Positions 10,815-22,226 of a stretch of 64,000 nucleotides of DNA are shown here, piece by piece. The stretch's first letter is position 1; the number at the start of each line of letters is the position of its first letter. Source of the DNA: Nitrospirales bacterium (GTDB taxonomy: Bacteria > Nitrospirota > Nitrospiria > Nitrospirales > UBA8639); NCBI GenBank assembly GCA_965203295.1, contig CBDBCZ010000019.1, positions 1,088,001-1,152,000 of the forward strand. The letters are read 5' to 3'. The position numbers and the translations under genes were made by a program. Under the pieces are notes generated by a model, which was not told the DNA's origin, did not search any database, and saw only the letters and a list, made by a program, of their open reading frames with translations.

Positions 10815-11762
10815 GTGGATAGAAAGAATGAAGGACGATCGACCTTAGTCATTGGCACACGGGGCAGTCGCCTTGCCTTATGGCAGGCCGAGTGGATTCG
10901 TTCCCGCCTTCAAGAATTGGTCCCCGACCTTTCCATTACCCTCAAGCAGATCCGGACCAGCGGAGATAAGATCTTAGATGTACCTTTAGCTAAGATTGGG
11001 GGCAAGGGCTTGTTTGTCAAAGAAATAGAAGAAGCCCTACTGGTAAAAGAGATCGATCTGGCGGTGCATAGCATGAAAGATGTCCCTTCGGTTTTGCCTG
11101 ATGGATTGGCCATTATTTGTGTATCTGAACGCGAGGATTCCCGTGATGCCCTTCTGAGCAGGGAGGGATATCCGCTTGAAAGACTGAAAGAGGGAGCAAA
11201 GATCGGGACGAGTAGCCTCAGACGTCAAGCGCAATTGCTTCATTATCGACCTGATTTTTCCATCCACACGCTTCGGGGAAATCTTGATACACGGATACGG
11301 AAGCTTGAAACTGGACAATATGATGCGATTGTCCTGGCAGCAGCCGGTCTCAAACGATTAGGGTGGGCTGATGAGGTCACTGCTTATCTTTCTCCGGAGA
11401 TTAGTCTTCCTGCTATAGGGCAGGGAGTGTTGGCCATTGAAGGTCGCGAGGATGATCGGTTTGTGTGTGATTTAGTGGGTAGGCTTGAACACTCTGTCAC
11501 TCGGTTGGCTGTGACAGCAGAAAGGGCTTTTCTCGCTCGCCTTGAAGGGGGTTGTCAGGTGCCCATCGCCGGATATGCGACCATTCATGATCACAAACTA
11601 GAGTTAAACGGGTTGGTTGCGAGTGTCGATGGCCAGCGGGTTATTCGGGATAAGGTGGAAGGGTCCTCAAGTCAGGCTGCACAATTCGGATTACAATTAG
11701 CGGAGAAGATCCTCGGATCAGGGGGAGACGCCATTTTACAGGAAGTCTACGGAACTGCATGA
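10815..11762 (+). CDS. hemC: Porphobilinogen deaminase
   Basis: IGTRGSRLALWQA, GKGLFVKEIE, VHSMKD, LEGGCQVP. Confidence 0.97.
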   Translation: MDRKNEGRSTLVIGTRGSRLALWQAEWIRSRLQELVPDLSITLKQIRTSGDKILDVPLAKIGGKGLFVKEIEEALLVKEIDLAVHSMKDVPSVLPDGLAIICVSEREDSRDALLSREGYPLERLKEGAKIGTSSLRRQAQLLHYRPDFSIHTLRGNLDTRIRKLETGQYDAIVLAAAGLKRLGWADEVTAYLSPEISLPAIGQGVLAIEGREDDRFVCDLVGRLEHSVTRLAVTAERAFLARLEGGCQVPIAGYATIHDHKLELNGLVASVDGQRVIRDKVEGSSSQAAQFGLQLAEKILGSGGDAILQEVYGTA

Positions 11763-13324
11763 GTCCGAACAGTCCGCAAAGTGGGAGGGTCTACTTGGTT
11801 GGAGCAGGCCCTGGTGACCCAGGTCTTCTGACGCTCCGGGGCAAAGCTTGTTTGGAACAGGCCGATGTCGTGTTGTATGACAATTTGGCCAACCCGGTAT
11901 TATTGCACTATGTGCCATCTCATGTTGAACGGATTTATGTTGGCCGATGTGGCAGAGGGGCCTATGCCCACCAAGATGAGGTCAATAGTCTGATCATTAA
12001 AAAAGTCCGTGAGGGTAAAAGAGTCGTTCGCCTCAAAGGGGGAGATCCTTTTGTCTTTGGACGTGGAGGTGAAGAGGCTGAAGCCATCGCTGAAGCTGGT
12101 TTGTCTTTTGAAATTGTTCCAGGCGTCACATCAGCAGTCGCGGTTCCTGCCTATGCTGGAATTCCGGTCACGCATCGGACATTAGCCTCCACCGTGGCCC
12201 TGGTCACTGGGCATGAGGACCCGACTAAAGGGGAAACGTTCATGGAGTGGCCACGATTGGCCTCGACAGATGGAACATTAGTGTTTCTGATGGGGATGAA
12301 AAATTTGCCAACGATTGTGAAACAACTTCTAGCAGAAAAAAAGTCCCCAGATACCCCAGTGGCGCTTATTCGATGGGGAACCTATTCTAGGCAGAAAACG
12401 GTTATTGGAACATTAGAGACGATTGTCGACCAGGCAAAAGCCGTACATCTTGAGCCTCCCACCGTGATTGTTGTGGGGGAAGTTGTGAAATTGAGGGGTT
12501 CGCTCAATTGGTTTGAAACCCGACCACTGTTTGGAAAACGCATTATCGTGACCCGAGCTCGGGATCAGGCATCTGCGCTTTCAGAACTTCTTGTGGCTCA
12601 TGGAGGTGAGCCTGTGGAGTACCCGGCTATTGAAATCGTTCCTCCAGATGATTGGAATGAATTAGATCAAAGCATTGACCGCATACACGAGTACCAATGG
12701 CTTGTTTTTACAAGCGTGAATGGCGTTCAATGGTTTATGACAAGATTGCGACGAAAAGGTCTTGATGTGCGTGCTCTTCACAGGATGCAGGTCGCGTGTA
12801 TTGGCCCAAGAACGGCAGATGAGGCAGAACGATATGGGTTGTGTGCCGATCTGATTCCTCAAACATTTCAGGCTGAAGGTTTGATTGAGGCTATGACGGT
12901 TAAGGGATTAACCGGCAAACGGGTCCTCCTCCCTCGTGCGGCTCAAGCCAGGGAAATTTTACCAGAGCAATTGCGGGCCTTTGGGGCGAAGGTTGATGTG
13001 GTGACCGCTTACCAAGCAAGAGCTCCTCGAATTGATATTCAACGAATCAAAGAGGATTTACAACGAGGGTATATTCATATTGTGACCTTTGCTAGTTCAT
13101 CAACGGTTCGGAATTTTTGTGATGCGTTTGAATCAAAAACTGAGATGAAGAGTTTATTAGATGGTAAGGTTCTTGCTGCCATCGGACCTATTACTGCCCA
13201 AACCATAGAAGAAATGGGTTTGAACCCTGATGTGGTGGCAAGGGAAAATACCATTCCTTCTCTTGTTGATACGTTGGCGCACCACATCGCCGAAATGAAA
13301 CATTGGGAGGTTGGGAAGTCTTAA
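11759..13324 (+). CDS. cobA/hemD: Uroporphyrinogen-III C-methyltransferase / uroporphyrinogen-III synthase fusion
   Basis: GAGPGDPGLLT, RLKGGDPFVFGRGGEE; C-terminal FTSVNGV, FASSSTV, IGPIT. Confidence 0.95.
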   Translation: MSPNSPQSGRVYLVGAGPGDPGLLTLRGKACLEQADVVLYDNLANPVLLHYVPSHVERIYVGRCGRGAYAHQDEVNSLIIKKVREGKRVVRLKGGDPFVFGRGGEEAEAIAEAGLSFEIVPGVTSAVAVPAYAGIPVTHRTLASTVALVTGHEDPTKGETFMEWPRLASTDGTLVFLMGMKNLPTIVKQLLAEKKSPDTPVALIRWGTYSRQKTVIGTLETIVDQAKAVHLEPPTVIVVGEVVKLRGSLNWFETRPLFGKRIIVTRARDQASALSELLVAHGGEPVEYPAIEIVPPDDWNELDQSIDRIHEYQWLVFTSVNGVQWFMTRLRRKGLDVRALHRMQVACIGPRTADEAERYGLCADLIPQTFQAEGLIEAMTVKGLTGKRVLLPRAAQAREILPEQLRAFGAKVDVVTAYQARAPRIDIQRIKEDLQRGYIHIVTFASSSTVRNFCDAFESKTEMKSLLDGKVLAAIGPITAQTIEEMGLNPDVVARENTIPSLVDTLAHHIAEMKHWEVGKS

Positions 13325-13369
13325 TCAAAGGTCGTTAACGACCATTACTTGACTGAATGGGAGATTCTT

Positions 13370-13762
13370 ATGGTTCCTGTGAAATCGTTTATGGTTCCCC
13401 GTGAAAAGTTTGTATTAGTGGATCGTGATGTAAAGGTTCGCCAGGCTGCCGAATTGATGCGCGATAAGGGTATTGGCAGTGTGTTTGTCAGGAGAGAAGG
13501 GTCAATCATTGGCATCCTGACAGATACAGACTTAGTCCGGCGCTTGGTTGCTACGGGTCTGGATCCTGCTGAAACGTCGGTTGAAGAGGTCATGTCCGCT
13601 CCGATCATGGAAATTGATGAAAATAAGACTCTCCTGGACGCTAATGATTTGATGGCTCGGGAACATATACGCCATCTTGGAGTTTCAAATGGTGACAAGA
13701 TTGTTGGGATGATTTCCGTTCGAGATTTGGTGGTGTTTTTGACCAATCTGCCACGGAAATAA
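13370..13762 (+). CDS. CBS-domain protein
   Basis: Two CBS repeats (GILTDTDL, GMISVRDL). Confidence 0.9.
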   Translation: MVPVKSFMVPREKFVLVDRDVKVRQAAELMRDKGIGSVFVRREGSIIGILTDTDLVRRLVATGLDPAETSVEEVMSAPIMEIDENKTLLDANDLMAREHIRHLGVSNGDKIVGMISVRDLVVFLTNLPRK

Positions 13763-13889
13763 ACCGAGTAGAGCGAAGAGCAGTTCGTCAGGTCTCACTC
13801 CATTGCCATTCTGTCCAGCTAGAAGATGGAGGCCTGAACGTGGGGAGGCTGCTCGTGGTTTCAAAGGAATGGGAGGAGGTTGGTTGCAT

Positions 13890-14873
13890 ATGGCATTTCC
13901 TAGACAAAGAATGCGGCGTCTTCGGGAACAAGAACCGTTACGGCGAATGGTTCGTGAAACCCTCCTGACCCCTGCTGATCTGATTTATCCAGTGTTTGTG
14001 ATCAGTGGTCGGGATCATCAAGAGCCGATTCTTTCTATGCCGGGACAATTTCGGTGGTCCGTTGATTTACTAGTCAAGGAAGTGGCCACAGTCTATGAGC
14101 TAGGAGTTCCTGCCGTGATTATCTTTGGAATTCCCGATTTTAAAGATGAGCGAGGGACATCAGCCTATGCCTCCAATGGCATCGTTCAACAAGCTGTTCG
14201 AGCTATCAAAGATCAAGTGCCTGGTCTTCTCCTCATTACAGATGTCTGTATTGATGAATATACTTCCCATGGCCATTGTGGAATCGTGAAGGATGGCCGT
14301 ATTTACAATGATGAAACGTTGGAGTGCCTTCGTCTCATGGCCAGAACTCATGCAGAAGCCGGTGCGGATATGGTCGCTCCCTCTGATATGATGGACGGGC
14401 GGGTCGTAGCTATTCGGGAGGAATTGGATCAGGGTGGGTTTGCCGAGGTCTCCATCATGGCCTACGCGGCGAAATATGCTTCAAGTCTGTATGCCCCGTT
14501 TCGAGAAGTAGCGGGATCGACCCCTGCGTTTGGTGACCGGCGGTCATATCAAATGGATCCTGCTAATGCACGCGAAGCCATTCGTGAAATTGAGTTAGAT
14601 ATTGAAGAGGGAGCGGATATCGTGATGGTCAAACCCGCCTTGCCGTATCTCGATATCATTGCCAAAACCCGATCCCTTTTTTCTGTTCCTATCGCGGCCT
14701 ATCAGGTAAGCGGAGAATATAGCATGCTCAAGGCTGCTGCCCAATTAGGTTGGTTAGAGGAGCCCAAGGTCATGATGGAAACGTTGCTTTCTATGAGACG
14801 TGCCGGTGCAGACATCATATTGACCTACTATGCGAAAGAGGCAGCCTCTCTTCTCAACACTCCATTCAGATGA
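13890..14873 (+). CDS. hemB: Porphobilinogen synthase
   Basis: HGHCG, APSDMMDGRV, MVKPA, AYQVSGEY. Confidence 0.97.
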   Translation: MAFPRQRMRRLREQEPLRRMVRETLLTPADLIYPVFVISGRDHQEPILSMPGQFRWSVDLLVKEVATVYELGVPAVIIFGIPDFKDERGTSAYASNGIVQQAVRAIKDQVPGLLLITDVCIDEYTSHGHCGIVKDGRIYNDETLECLRLMARTHAEAGADMVAPSDMMDGRVVAIREELDQGGFAEVSIMAYAAKYASSLYAPFREVAGSTPAFGDRRSYQMDPANAREAIREIELDIEEGADIVMVKPALPYLDIIAKTRSLFSVPIAAYQVSGEYSMLKAAAQLGWLEEPKVMMETLLSMRRAGADIILTYYAKEAASLLNTPFR

Positions 14874-15853
14874 AAGTTATTCGGGGTCTTCCCACACCGC
14901 CCCTTTCCCCTTATCCAGTTTTGTCGATAGGGAATTTCGATGGTCTCCATTTGGGCCACCATGCCCTCTTGACCGCTGTCGTTGAAACAGCGGTAAAGGT
15001 GGGGGGCACGCCGACGGTGTTGACGTTTCAGCCTCATCCGGTTCAGATTCTCAAGCCAGATCTTGACTTCCAATTTCTGGCCACTCCCGAACAGAAATTG
15101 CGTTGGTTTCAGAACGTAGGAATTCAGGAGGTCGTGGTTTTAGACTTTACTCATGAATTTGCCGGCTTGGCCCCTGAACAATTTATGGAGCATATTCTTC
15201 AAAAGGGGTTGGGCATTTGTGCCTTATTCGTTGGACAACATTTTGTCTTCGGGAAGGGGAGGCAGGGAACTGTTGCCGATTTAATGAAGTATGGAAAACA
15301 CGCGCAATTTCAAGTTCACACGGTGTCACCCCTTTGTGTCGACGAGGACGTGGTCAGTTCAACGAGAATTCGTCAAATGATCAAAGGAGGAAGAGTCCGT
15401 GAGGCATCCCACTATTTAGGACGGTGTTATTCTTTAGCGGGTACAGTCATAGAAGGACGGCAACGGGGACAAGGTTTGGGATACCGAACAGCTAATTTTC
15501 GACCTCCAGCTAACCGAGTCATTCCGGCTGATGGCGTCTATGTCACCTTAACATGGGTCGATGAAAAACCATATGAATCGATTAGTTATATCGGCGTGAG
15601 GCCAACTTTTGAGGAAAAGGAACGTATGATTGAGGTGCATTTCTTAGATCAGGCTTTGCCGTTATATGGGAAAACGATTGATGTGGGTTTTCTTGAACAT
15701 ATTCGTGGTGACCAAACCTTTGATACTATGGAAGACCTGAAGGTCAGAATGGACATCGATGTAGGTTTAGCTCGTCAAACCTTCAATGTCTTACCTCAAT
15801 TTGCTAAAGATCATCACTTGGGTAGGCTTTTACAGTCCGAGATTGGTCCATGA
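14870..15853 (+). CDS. ribF: Riboflavin kinase / FAD synthetase
   Basis: GNFDGLHLGH, TFQPHP, SSTRIR, TAN, GVRPTF; ATGA overlap with hemB. Confidence 0.95.
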   Translation: MKVIRGLPTPPLSPYPVLSIGNFDGLHLGHHALLTAVVETAVKVGGTPTVLTFQPHPVQILKPDLDFQFLATPEQKLRWFQNVGIQEVVVLDFTHEFAGLAPEQFMEHILQKGLGICALFVGQHFVFGKGRQGTVADLMKYGKHAQFQVHTVSPLCVDEDVVSSTRIRQMIKGGRVREASHYLGRCYSLAGTVIEGRQRGQGLGYRTANFRPPANRVIPADGVYVTLTWVDEKPYESISYIGVRPTFEEKERMIEVHFLDQALPLYGKTIDVGFLEHIRGDQTFDTMEDLKVRMDIDVGLARQTFNVLPQFAKDHHLGRLLQSEIGP

Positions 15854-17280
15854 CATCCCCAACATTGTTCGAACATCGACTCAAAAAATGGGTCCAAGCC
15901 CAGGGAATCGTAACCTCTGGTGATCGAATTGTCTTGGCAGTGTCGGGGGGGGCTGATTCGATAGCCTTGTTTTCTTTATTTTTGGCATGGCAAAGGCCGT
16001 TGGATCTCTCGCTATTTGTTGCCCATATGAACCATGGTCTGCGTGGAATCGAGTCAGAGGAAGATGCCGAATGGGTAGGCAAAGTCTGTCAACGATTTGA
16101 CGTTCCTTTTTTCCAGAAACGGATAGACTTAGTTGAGATATTTAAGAGTCGGAAGAGGTCCTCGAAACAGGCCTTGGCGAGGGAGATTAGATATCAGGCG
16201 TTAACTCAAGTTGCTAAAGATGTGCGAGCTGATAAAATCGCGCTGGGCCATACGCTGGATGATCAGGCAGAAACGGTAATCATGTGTATGCTGCGTGGGG
16301 CGGGGGCACATGGCCTTGCGGGTATGTCTCCGATTCGAGAGCCTCAATTAATTCGTCCCTTGCTTCGGGTGAATCGACAAGAGATTAGTCAATATTTGGC
16401 CGCGAAAAATTGGGAATATCGAACTGATTCGAGTAATGATAAGCCGATCTACTTGCGCAATCGGTTGCGAGCAGAGGCGATGCCTATACTCAAAGCTTTC
16501 AACCCCAATCTGACTCAAGTCCTTTCCCGTCAGGCAGATATTCTTCGGGAAGAGACCAACTATCTGGATTCACTGGCTCATGCCGCTCTTGATTCAGTAT
16601 CGAAGTCTTGTGGGGAGGATGGGATTATTCTCGATCGGATAAGTTTTTTGGCTCTGCCCCTTGCTCTTCAACGCCGGGTCATTGGGAGGGTATTTCAAAC
16701 TGTAGGAAAACGATATACCCAACCTCACTACGAGACGGTTGAAGAGGTGCTACGACGTGTGGTTGGTGGAGGCTCAGGGGCATCAGTCGATCGTGAACAT
16801 CTTCGGATCTTTCGTGACTATGACAAGCTGCATTTTGAACGTAAGAACTCAGAGCTGGAGAACGAGCAGACTTGGCCTGATATTCATCTTCCATTTGTTG
16901 TCCCTTCAACAGTGATGTGGCCGCCAACTGGGGAGGTGATCGATGGGATGATGGAGCCAATTTCTCAAGGGATTCTTCCTTCGGATTCTCAATGGACATG
17001 TTTCGATGCGACCCTGTTTTCGCACGATCTACAAGTTCGGACCTGGAGGCCTGGAGATTACTTTTTCCCCTCTGGCTTTGGCGGGAAACGGAAAAAACTC
17101 CAGGACTTTTTTTCTGATATAAAGGTCAGTCGATCCAGACGAAAAAAAGTCCCCATCCTGGTTTCTCCAGAAGGGATATTGTGTGTGGGAAAGTATCGAT
17201 CGGATCATCGGTTCAGGGTCACAGAGTCAACGAAACGAATTCTTAAAATTCAAATCATTCACCCCGGACAACAATCATGA
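15850..17280 (+). CDS. tilS: tRNA(Ile)-lysidine synthetase
   Basis: AVSGGADS, HTLDDQAET, DSSN...RNRLR. Confidence 0.95.
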   Translation: MTSPTLFEHRLKKWVQAQGIVTSGDRIVLAVSGGADSIALFSLFLAWQRPLDLSLFVAHMNHGLRGIESEEDAEWVGKVCQRFDVPFFQKRIDLVEIFKSRKRSSKQALAREIRYQALTQVAKDVRADKIALGHTLDDQAETVIMCMLRGAGAHGLAGMSPIREPQLIRPLLRVNRQEISQYLAAKNWEYRTDSSNDKPIYLRNRLRAEAMPILKAFNPNLTQVLSRQADILREETNYLDSLAHAALDSVSKSCGEDGIILDRISFLALPLALQRRVIGRVFQTVGKRYTQPHYETVEEVLRRVVGGGSGASVDREHLRIFRDYDKLHFERKNSELENEQTWPDIHLPFVVPSTVMWPPTGEVIDGMMEPISQGILPSDSQWTCFDATLFSHDLQVRTWRPGDYFFPSGFGGKRKKLQDFFSDIKVSRSRRKKVPILVSPEGILCVGKYRSDHRFRVTESTKRILKIQIIHPGQQS

Positions 17281-17810
17281 AACGGGTATTTGGGAAGCCA
17301 ATAATCACGCAAGAGCACATGCGGAACCGAATCAAGGAACTCGGCCGAATGATAACCGCAGACTATCGAGAGGAGAAAAATCTCGTGTTAATCGGGATTT
17401 TGAAAGGGGCTTTTGCGTTCTATGCTGATTTGGCTCGAGCCATTCGGCTACCGCTTCGCGTAGATTTTTTATTCGTGACAAATTCTCGGTATGCGTCAAA
17501 GTCTTCGGGGAAGGTCAAGATTTTGACGGATCTGACCGAAAATATTCGAGACAAACCAGTTCTGTTGGTCGAAGACATCGTGGATTCAGGATTCACTCTT
17601 GAATTTTTACGAAAAACACTGTCGAAAAAGAAGCCGAAAAGCATCGCCTCTTGTGCCCTCCTCAGTAAAACAGAGCGTCGAGAAGTCGAGGTCACTGTGG
17701 ATTATGTCGGGTTTGAGATCCCAGACACCTTCGTCGTGGGGTATGGAATGGATTTTGAGCAAAAATATAGAAATTTACCCTACCTTGCCTCTCTGGATGA
17801 AGGTGATTAA
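17277..17810 (+). CDS. hpt: Hypoxanthine phosphoribosyltransferase
   Basis: ILKGA, VEDIVDSGFTL, FVVGYGMD, YRNLP. Confidence 0.95.
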   Translation: MKRVFGKPIITQEHMRNRIKELGRMITADYREEKNLVLIGILKGAFAFYADLARAIRLPLRVDFLFVTNSRYASKSSGKVKILTDLTENIRDKPVLLVEDIVDSGFTLEFLRKTLSKKKPKSIASCALLSKTERREVEVTVDYVGFEIPDTFVVGYGMDFEQKYRNLPYLASLDEGD

Positions 17811-17921
17811 TTAATTTAGCTCGTTGGAAGTGTCATTGGTTGTTTTGGTCGATGCCCCATGATAAAATTCGTAAGATCACCTGCGTAATTGAGCAGGTAT
17901 TAGAGTCTTAGGAGGCGACGA

Positions 17922-19739
17922 ATGAATTCAAGAGTGAAGAACTTACTCTTTTGGATTATTGTGGGGCTTTTCATGATTTTGTTGTTTAACCTTTTTTCTG
18001 TCCCTACCAATCCGCCAGAGGAGGAGGTCATATTTAGTGATTTCATGACTCATCTGGAGCATGGTGAAATAGTGAAGGTCACCATGAAAGAGAGTCATAT
18101 CAGTGCTATTTTGAAGGACGGAACACGGATTAGGACTTATACGGTGGAATATCCTGACCTCGTGAAAATGCTTCGGGATCGAGGCGTTCAAATTGAAGCA
18201 AAACCACCGGATGAAAGCCCCTGGTATATCACGTTTTTGGTAACGTGGGGACCATTTATCCTATTTCTCGGCCTGTGGTTTTTCCTTATGCGCCAAATGC
18301 AAATTGGGGGAAATCGGGCTCTTTCTTTTGGAAAAAGCCGTGCTCGGTTGCTCACAGAAGATAAGAAGAAGATTACGTTTTCTGATGTGGCCGGAGCAGA
18401 AGAGGCTAAGAATGAAGTTTTTGAAATTATTGAATTTTTGAAAGATCCACAAAAATTTCAAAAACTAGGGGGCCGGATTCCAAAAGGGGTACTGATTGTA
18501 GGCCCTCCGGGTACTGGGAAAACCCTGCTCGCGAAGGCCATTGCTGGGGAAGCTGGTGTGCCTTTCTTTAGCATCAGTGGATCTGATTTTGTTGAAATGT
18601 TTGTAGGGGTAGGTGCCTCAAGAGTCAGGGATCTCTTTGAACAAGGGAAAAAGCATGCTCCTTGTATTATTTTCATCGATGAAATTGATGCTGTCGGACG
18701 TTTGCGGGGAGCCGGACTTGGTGGAGGACATGACGAACGTGAACAAACGCTCAATCAACTTTTAGTTGAAATGGATGGGTTTGACACAACCGAGGGGGTT
18801 ATCCTTGTTGCTGCGACAAATCGTCCTGATGTTTTAGATCCTGCACTTCTTAGGCCAGGTCGTTTTGATCGGCAAGTGGTGGTGGATCGTCCGGATGTGC
18901 GTGGTCGTTTAGAGATACTAAAGGTTCATATCAGAAAAGTTCCCATTGATGAGAACGTCAATATGGAACAGATTGCCAGAGGGACTCCAGGGTTTTCTGG
19001 AGCTGATTTAGAGAATCTGGTGAATGAAGCTGCCTTGCTGGCAGCTCGGTTGGATAAAAAAGTCGTGGAATTAGCAGATTTCGAAAGTTCCAAAGATAAG
19101 GTTATGATGGGGGTTGAGCGAAAAAGTATGGTCTTGAGTGATGAAGAAAAGCGAGTCACGGCCTTTCATGAAGCGGGACATGCGCTGATGGCTAAACTGC
19201 TTCCAGGAACGGATCCCGTGCACAAGGTGACCATTATTCCCCGTGGAAGGGCAATGGGAATGACCATGCAGCTTCCCTTGGATGATCGGCATAGTTATTC
19301 AAAGGAATTTTTGTACAACACGTTGGCCATTCTTTTTGGAGGACGAGTCGCAGAAGAAATCATTCTCAAACATGTGACCACTGGAGCTGGGAATGATATC
19401 GAAAGGGCTACTGAGTTGGCCAGAAAGATGGTCTGTGAGTGGGGCATGAGCGATAAGTTGGGTCCCATCACGTTTGGAAAAAAGGATGAGGAAATTTTTC
19501 TAGGCCGTGAAATTGCTACGCGTCGTGATTTCAGTGATCAAATGGCATTGGAAATTGACAGCGAGGTGAAACGGTTAATTGTTGAAAGCTATGAGCGGAC
19601 TAAGCGAACGTTGACCGAGCATGTCCATATTCTACGAGCATTGGCCGAAGCGTTGTTGGAAAAGGAAGTCCTGGATTCCTTTGAAATCGATCAGATTATT
19701 AATCAGCACACGATGGTTGAGGAACCGGCTCAGATTTAG
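17922..19739 (+). CDS. ftsH: ATP-dependent zinc metalloprotease FtsH
   Basis: Two TMs, [16 protein letters not shown]. Confidence 0.98.
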   Translation: MNSRVKNLLFWIIVGLFMILLFNLFSVPTNPPEEEVIFSDFMTHLEHGEIVKVTMKESHISAILKDGTRIRTYTVEYPDLVKMLRDRGVQIEAKPPDESPWYITFLVTWGPFILFLGLWFFLMRQMQIGGNRALSFGKSRARLLTEDKKKITFSDVAGAEEAKNEVFEIIEFLKDPQKFQKLGGRIPKGVLIVGPPGTGKTLLAKAIAGEAGVPFFSISGSDFVEMFVGVGASRVRDLFEQGKKHAPCIIFIDEIDAVGRLRGAGLGGGHDEREQTLNQLLVEMDGFDTTEGVILVAATNRPDVLDPALLRPGRFDRQVVVDRPDVRGRLEILKVHIRKVPIDENVNMEQIARGTPGFSGADLENLVNEAALLAARLDKKVVELADFESSKDKVMMGVERKSMVLSDEEKRVTAFHEAGHALMAKLLPGTDPVHKVTIIPRGRAMGMTMQLPLDDRHSYSKEFLYNTLAILFGGRVAEEIILKHVTTGAGNDIERATELARKMVCEWGMSDKLGPITFGKKDEEIFLGREIATRRDFSDQMALEIDSEVKRLIVESYERTKRTLTEHVHILRALAEALLEKEVLDSFEIDQIINQHTMVEEPAQI

Positions 19740-19984
19740 GCCGGATTTCTCCGCCATCTTTTTCTACACACGTCGGTGATGGTTGTTTTTCTAAGGAGAG
19801 GTCTCATTCGTGGAGGGGCAGCCAGAGAGGGGATATTTCCCCTACCCTCTTCTTCTATCTCGCTCACCTGTTCTTTATAGTCGTTGATCCCAAAAGGATT
19901 TTTCCCCACCTCCCAATCAGTTCCGAGATCGCTCTCATCAGAAGAGTCCCTCCGATCACAAAACATCTTCTTTGGTGAAAACCG

Positions 19985-20845
19985 GTGTGGCTCCGCGCCA
20001 AAAACGTAACTCTTCCTGTTCAGGCAAACGTGTTGATCATGGGGATCTTAAACGTGACCCCTGACTCATTCTCGGATGGTGGAAAGTTTTTGGAGCCGCG
20101 AGCGGCAGTAGAACATGGGTTGGCTATGGTAGAGGAGGGGGCGGATATTCTTGATATCGGTGCCGAATCTGCCAGGCCAGATGCCGCTTCTATCGATGAA
20201 GAGGAAGAGCTTAGGCGACTGTATCCTGTGTTGGAAGAGTTAGGTCGGCACAGCCAAGTCCCGATCTCTGTTGATACAACAAAATCATCAGTGGCGAGGA
20301 CGGCATTAGAGCTTGGGGCTACAATTATCAATGATATTAGTGCCTTACGTTTTGATACGGATATGGCCGGAGTTGTAGCTCGTGCGCAGGCTGGCTTGGT
20401 GCTGATGCATATGCAAGGGACACCTCAAACAATGCAACAGTCTTGTTCCTATGAGCATGTGGTAGATGAAATACAGGGGTTTTTGCAGGAACGATTCCAG
20501 CGGGCCACCGAACAAGGCATTGCCCCGGATCACATTATTGTTGACCCAGGAATAGGATTCGGAAAGAATATAAGGCATAATCTACTTTTAATAGCCAATC
20601 TTCGGTCATTCCATTCTCTTGGAAGACCTGTGATGGTGGGAGTATCAAACAAAGCATTTATTGGTACGATCTTAGAGAAAGAGATTGAGGATCGGTTGAT
20701 GGGAACCGCTGCGGCTGTGGCGACTGCTGTCTTGCAGGGTGCCCATATTGTTCGGGTACACGATGTGGCTCGAATGAAGGAAGTCGTGAGAATGGCTCAA
20801 TCTCTAAGAGATATCCAGTTGGATGAGAGAAAAGAGGAGATATGA
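19985..20845 (+). CDS. folP: Dihydropteroate synthase
   Basis: [33 protein letters not shown]. Confidence 0.95.
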   Translation: MWLRAKNVTLPVQANVLIMGILNVTPDSFSDGGKFLEPRAAVEHGLAMVEEGADILDIGAESARPDAASIDEEEELRRLYPVLEELGRHSQVPISVDTTKSSVARTALELGATIINDISALRFDTDMAGVVARAQAGLVLMHMQGTPQTMQQSCSYEHVVDEIQGFLQERFQRATEQGIAPDHIIVDPGIGFGKNIRHNLLLIANLRSFHSLGRPVMVGVSNKAFIGTILEKEIEDRLMGTAAAVATAVLQGAHIVRVHDVARMKEVVRMAQSLRDIQLDERKEEI

Positions 20846-22194
20846 GTCAATTATTCGGTACAGATGGTGTGAGGGGTATTGCGAACCTGGAGCCAATGAC
20901 GAGTGAAACAGCTATGAAGTTGGGCCGTGCTGCGGCTTATGTGTTCAAGCGACGGGCAGGTCGTCATCAGATTGTCATTGGAAAGGATACGCGTCTGTCT
21001 GGGTATATGTTGGAATCGGCTCTTACCTCAGGTATCTGCTCTATGGGTGTGGACGTTATCCTTGTGGGCCCTATGCCAACCCCGGGGGTTGCCTTCTTAA
21101 CTCGAAGTCTTCGGGCGGATGCAGGAGTCATGATTTCTGCCTCTCATAACCCTTATCAGGATAATGGAATAAAATTCTTTTCGAACGATGGGTTTAAACT
21201 AGCCGATAAGCTTGAACTACGCATGGAACAGCTCATTCTATCGGATGAGATTAAACATCTCCGTCCAACTGCAGAAGAAGTAGGGAAGGCCTTTCGAGTG
21301 GATGATGCAGAAGGCCGGTACATTGAATTCATTAAGCGCTCCTTGCCTAGGGACATGGATTTTCAAGGTTTGACGGTCGTATTGGATTGTGCCAACGGGG
21401 CAGCGTACAAAGTCCTGCCACACGTGATTCGCGAATTGGGGGCTCAGGTCAAAGTGATCAATGATCAACCTGATGGGGTCAATATCAATTCAAAATGTGG
21501 TGCCATCCATCCCGAACAGCTTCAGGAGGCTGTTCGATCCTACAAGGCTGATATTGGAATTGCTATGGACGGAGATGCCGATCGATCAATTTTTTTCTCG
21601 GAGAAAGGGGAGGTCGTAGACGGGGATCATGCAATGGCAGCTTTCGCCCTTGATTTAAAGGCTCGAGGCCGGCTCAAACACGATACGGTTGTGGGGACGG
21701 TCATGAGCAATTTCGGGTTTGAAGTGGCTATGAGAGAAGCTGGGATTAGGCTTGTTCGGACTCCCGTCGGTGACCGGTATATTCTTGAACGGATGGTATC
21801 GGAAGGGTACAACTTAGGTGGTGAGCAATCAGGGCATCTCATATTTCTTGATTTTAACACCACCGGAGACGGCATCATCTCAGCTGTCCAAATGTTGAAG
21901 CTTATGAGGCGGTCAGGTAAATCTCTTTCGGAAGTCAGTCAATGCATGCAAGCGGTACCACAGGTCTTTCTTGGTGTCCAGGTTAAGCACAAGCCTGATT
22001 TGAGTTCTCTCCCAGAAGTCAAACACGCCATCGAAACTTGTGAAGCTCGTCTCAATGGGATGGGGCGAGTGCTGGTTCGTTATTCAGGAACCGAGCCATT
22101 ATGTCGCGTGATGGTTGAGGGATCAGATAATGCCGTCATTCGCAATGTAGCTGAAGAATTGGCTGGAGTCCTGCGCAATTCCCTTGGCTCATGA
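20842..22194 (+). CDS. glmM: Phosphoglucosamine mutase
   Basis: [35 protein letters not shown]. Confidence 0.97.
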   Translation: MSQLFGTDGVRGIANLEPMTSETAMKLGRAAAYVFKRRAGRHQIVIGKDTRLSGYMLESALTSGICSMGVDVILVGPMPTPGVAFLTRSLRADAGVMISASHNPYQDNGIKFFSNDGFKLADKLELRMEQLILSDEIKHLRPTAEEVGKAFRVDDAEGRYIEFIKRSLPRDMDFQGLTVVLDCANGAAYKVLPHVIRELGAQVKVINDQPDGVNINSKCGAIHPEQLQEAVRSYKADIGIAMDGDADRSIFFSEKGEVVDGDHAMAAFALDLKARGRLKHDTVVGTVMSNFGFEVAMREAGIRLVRTPVGDRYILERMVSEGYNLGGEQSGHLIFLDFNTTGDGIISAVQMLKLMRRSGKSLSEVSQCMQAVPQVFLGVQVKHKPDLSSLPEVKHAIETCEARLNGMGRVLVRYSGTEPLCRVMVEGSDNAVIRNVAEELAGVLRNSLGS

Positions 22195-22226
22195 GCTAGA
22201 TATCCTCTATCCGTACTCTTTTTTTA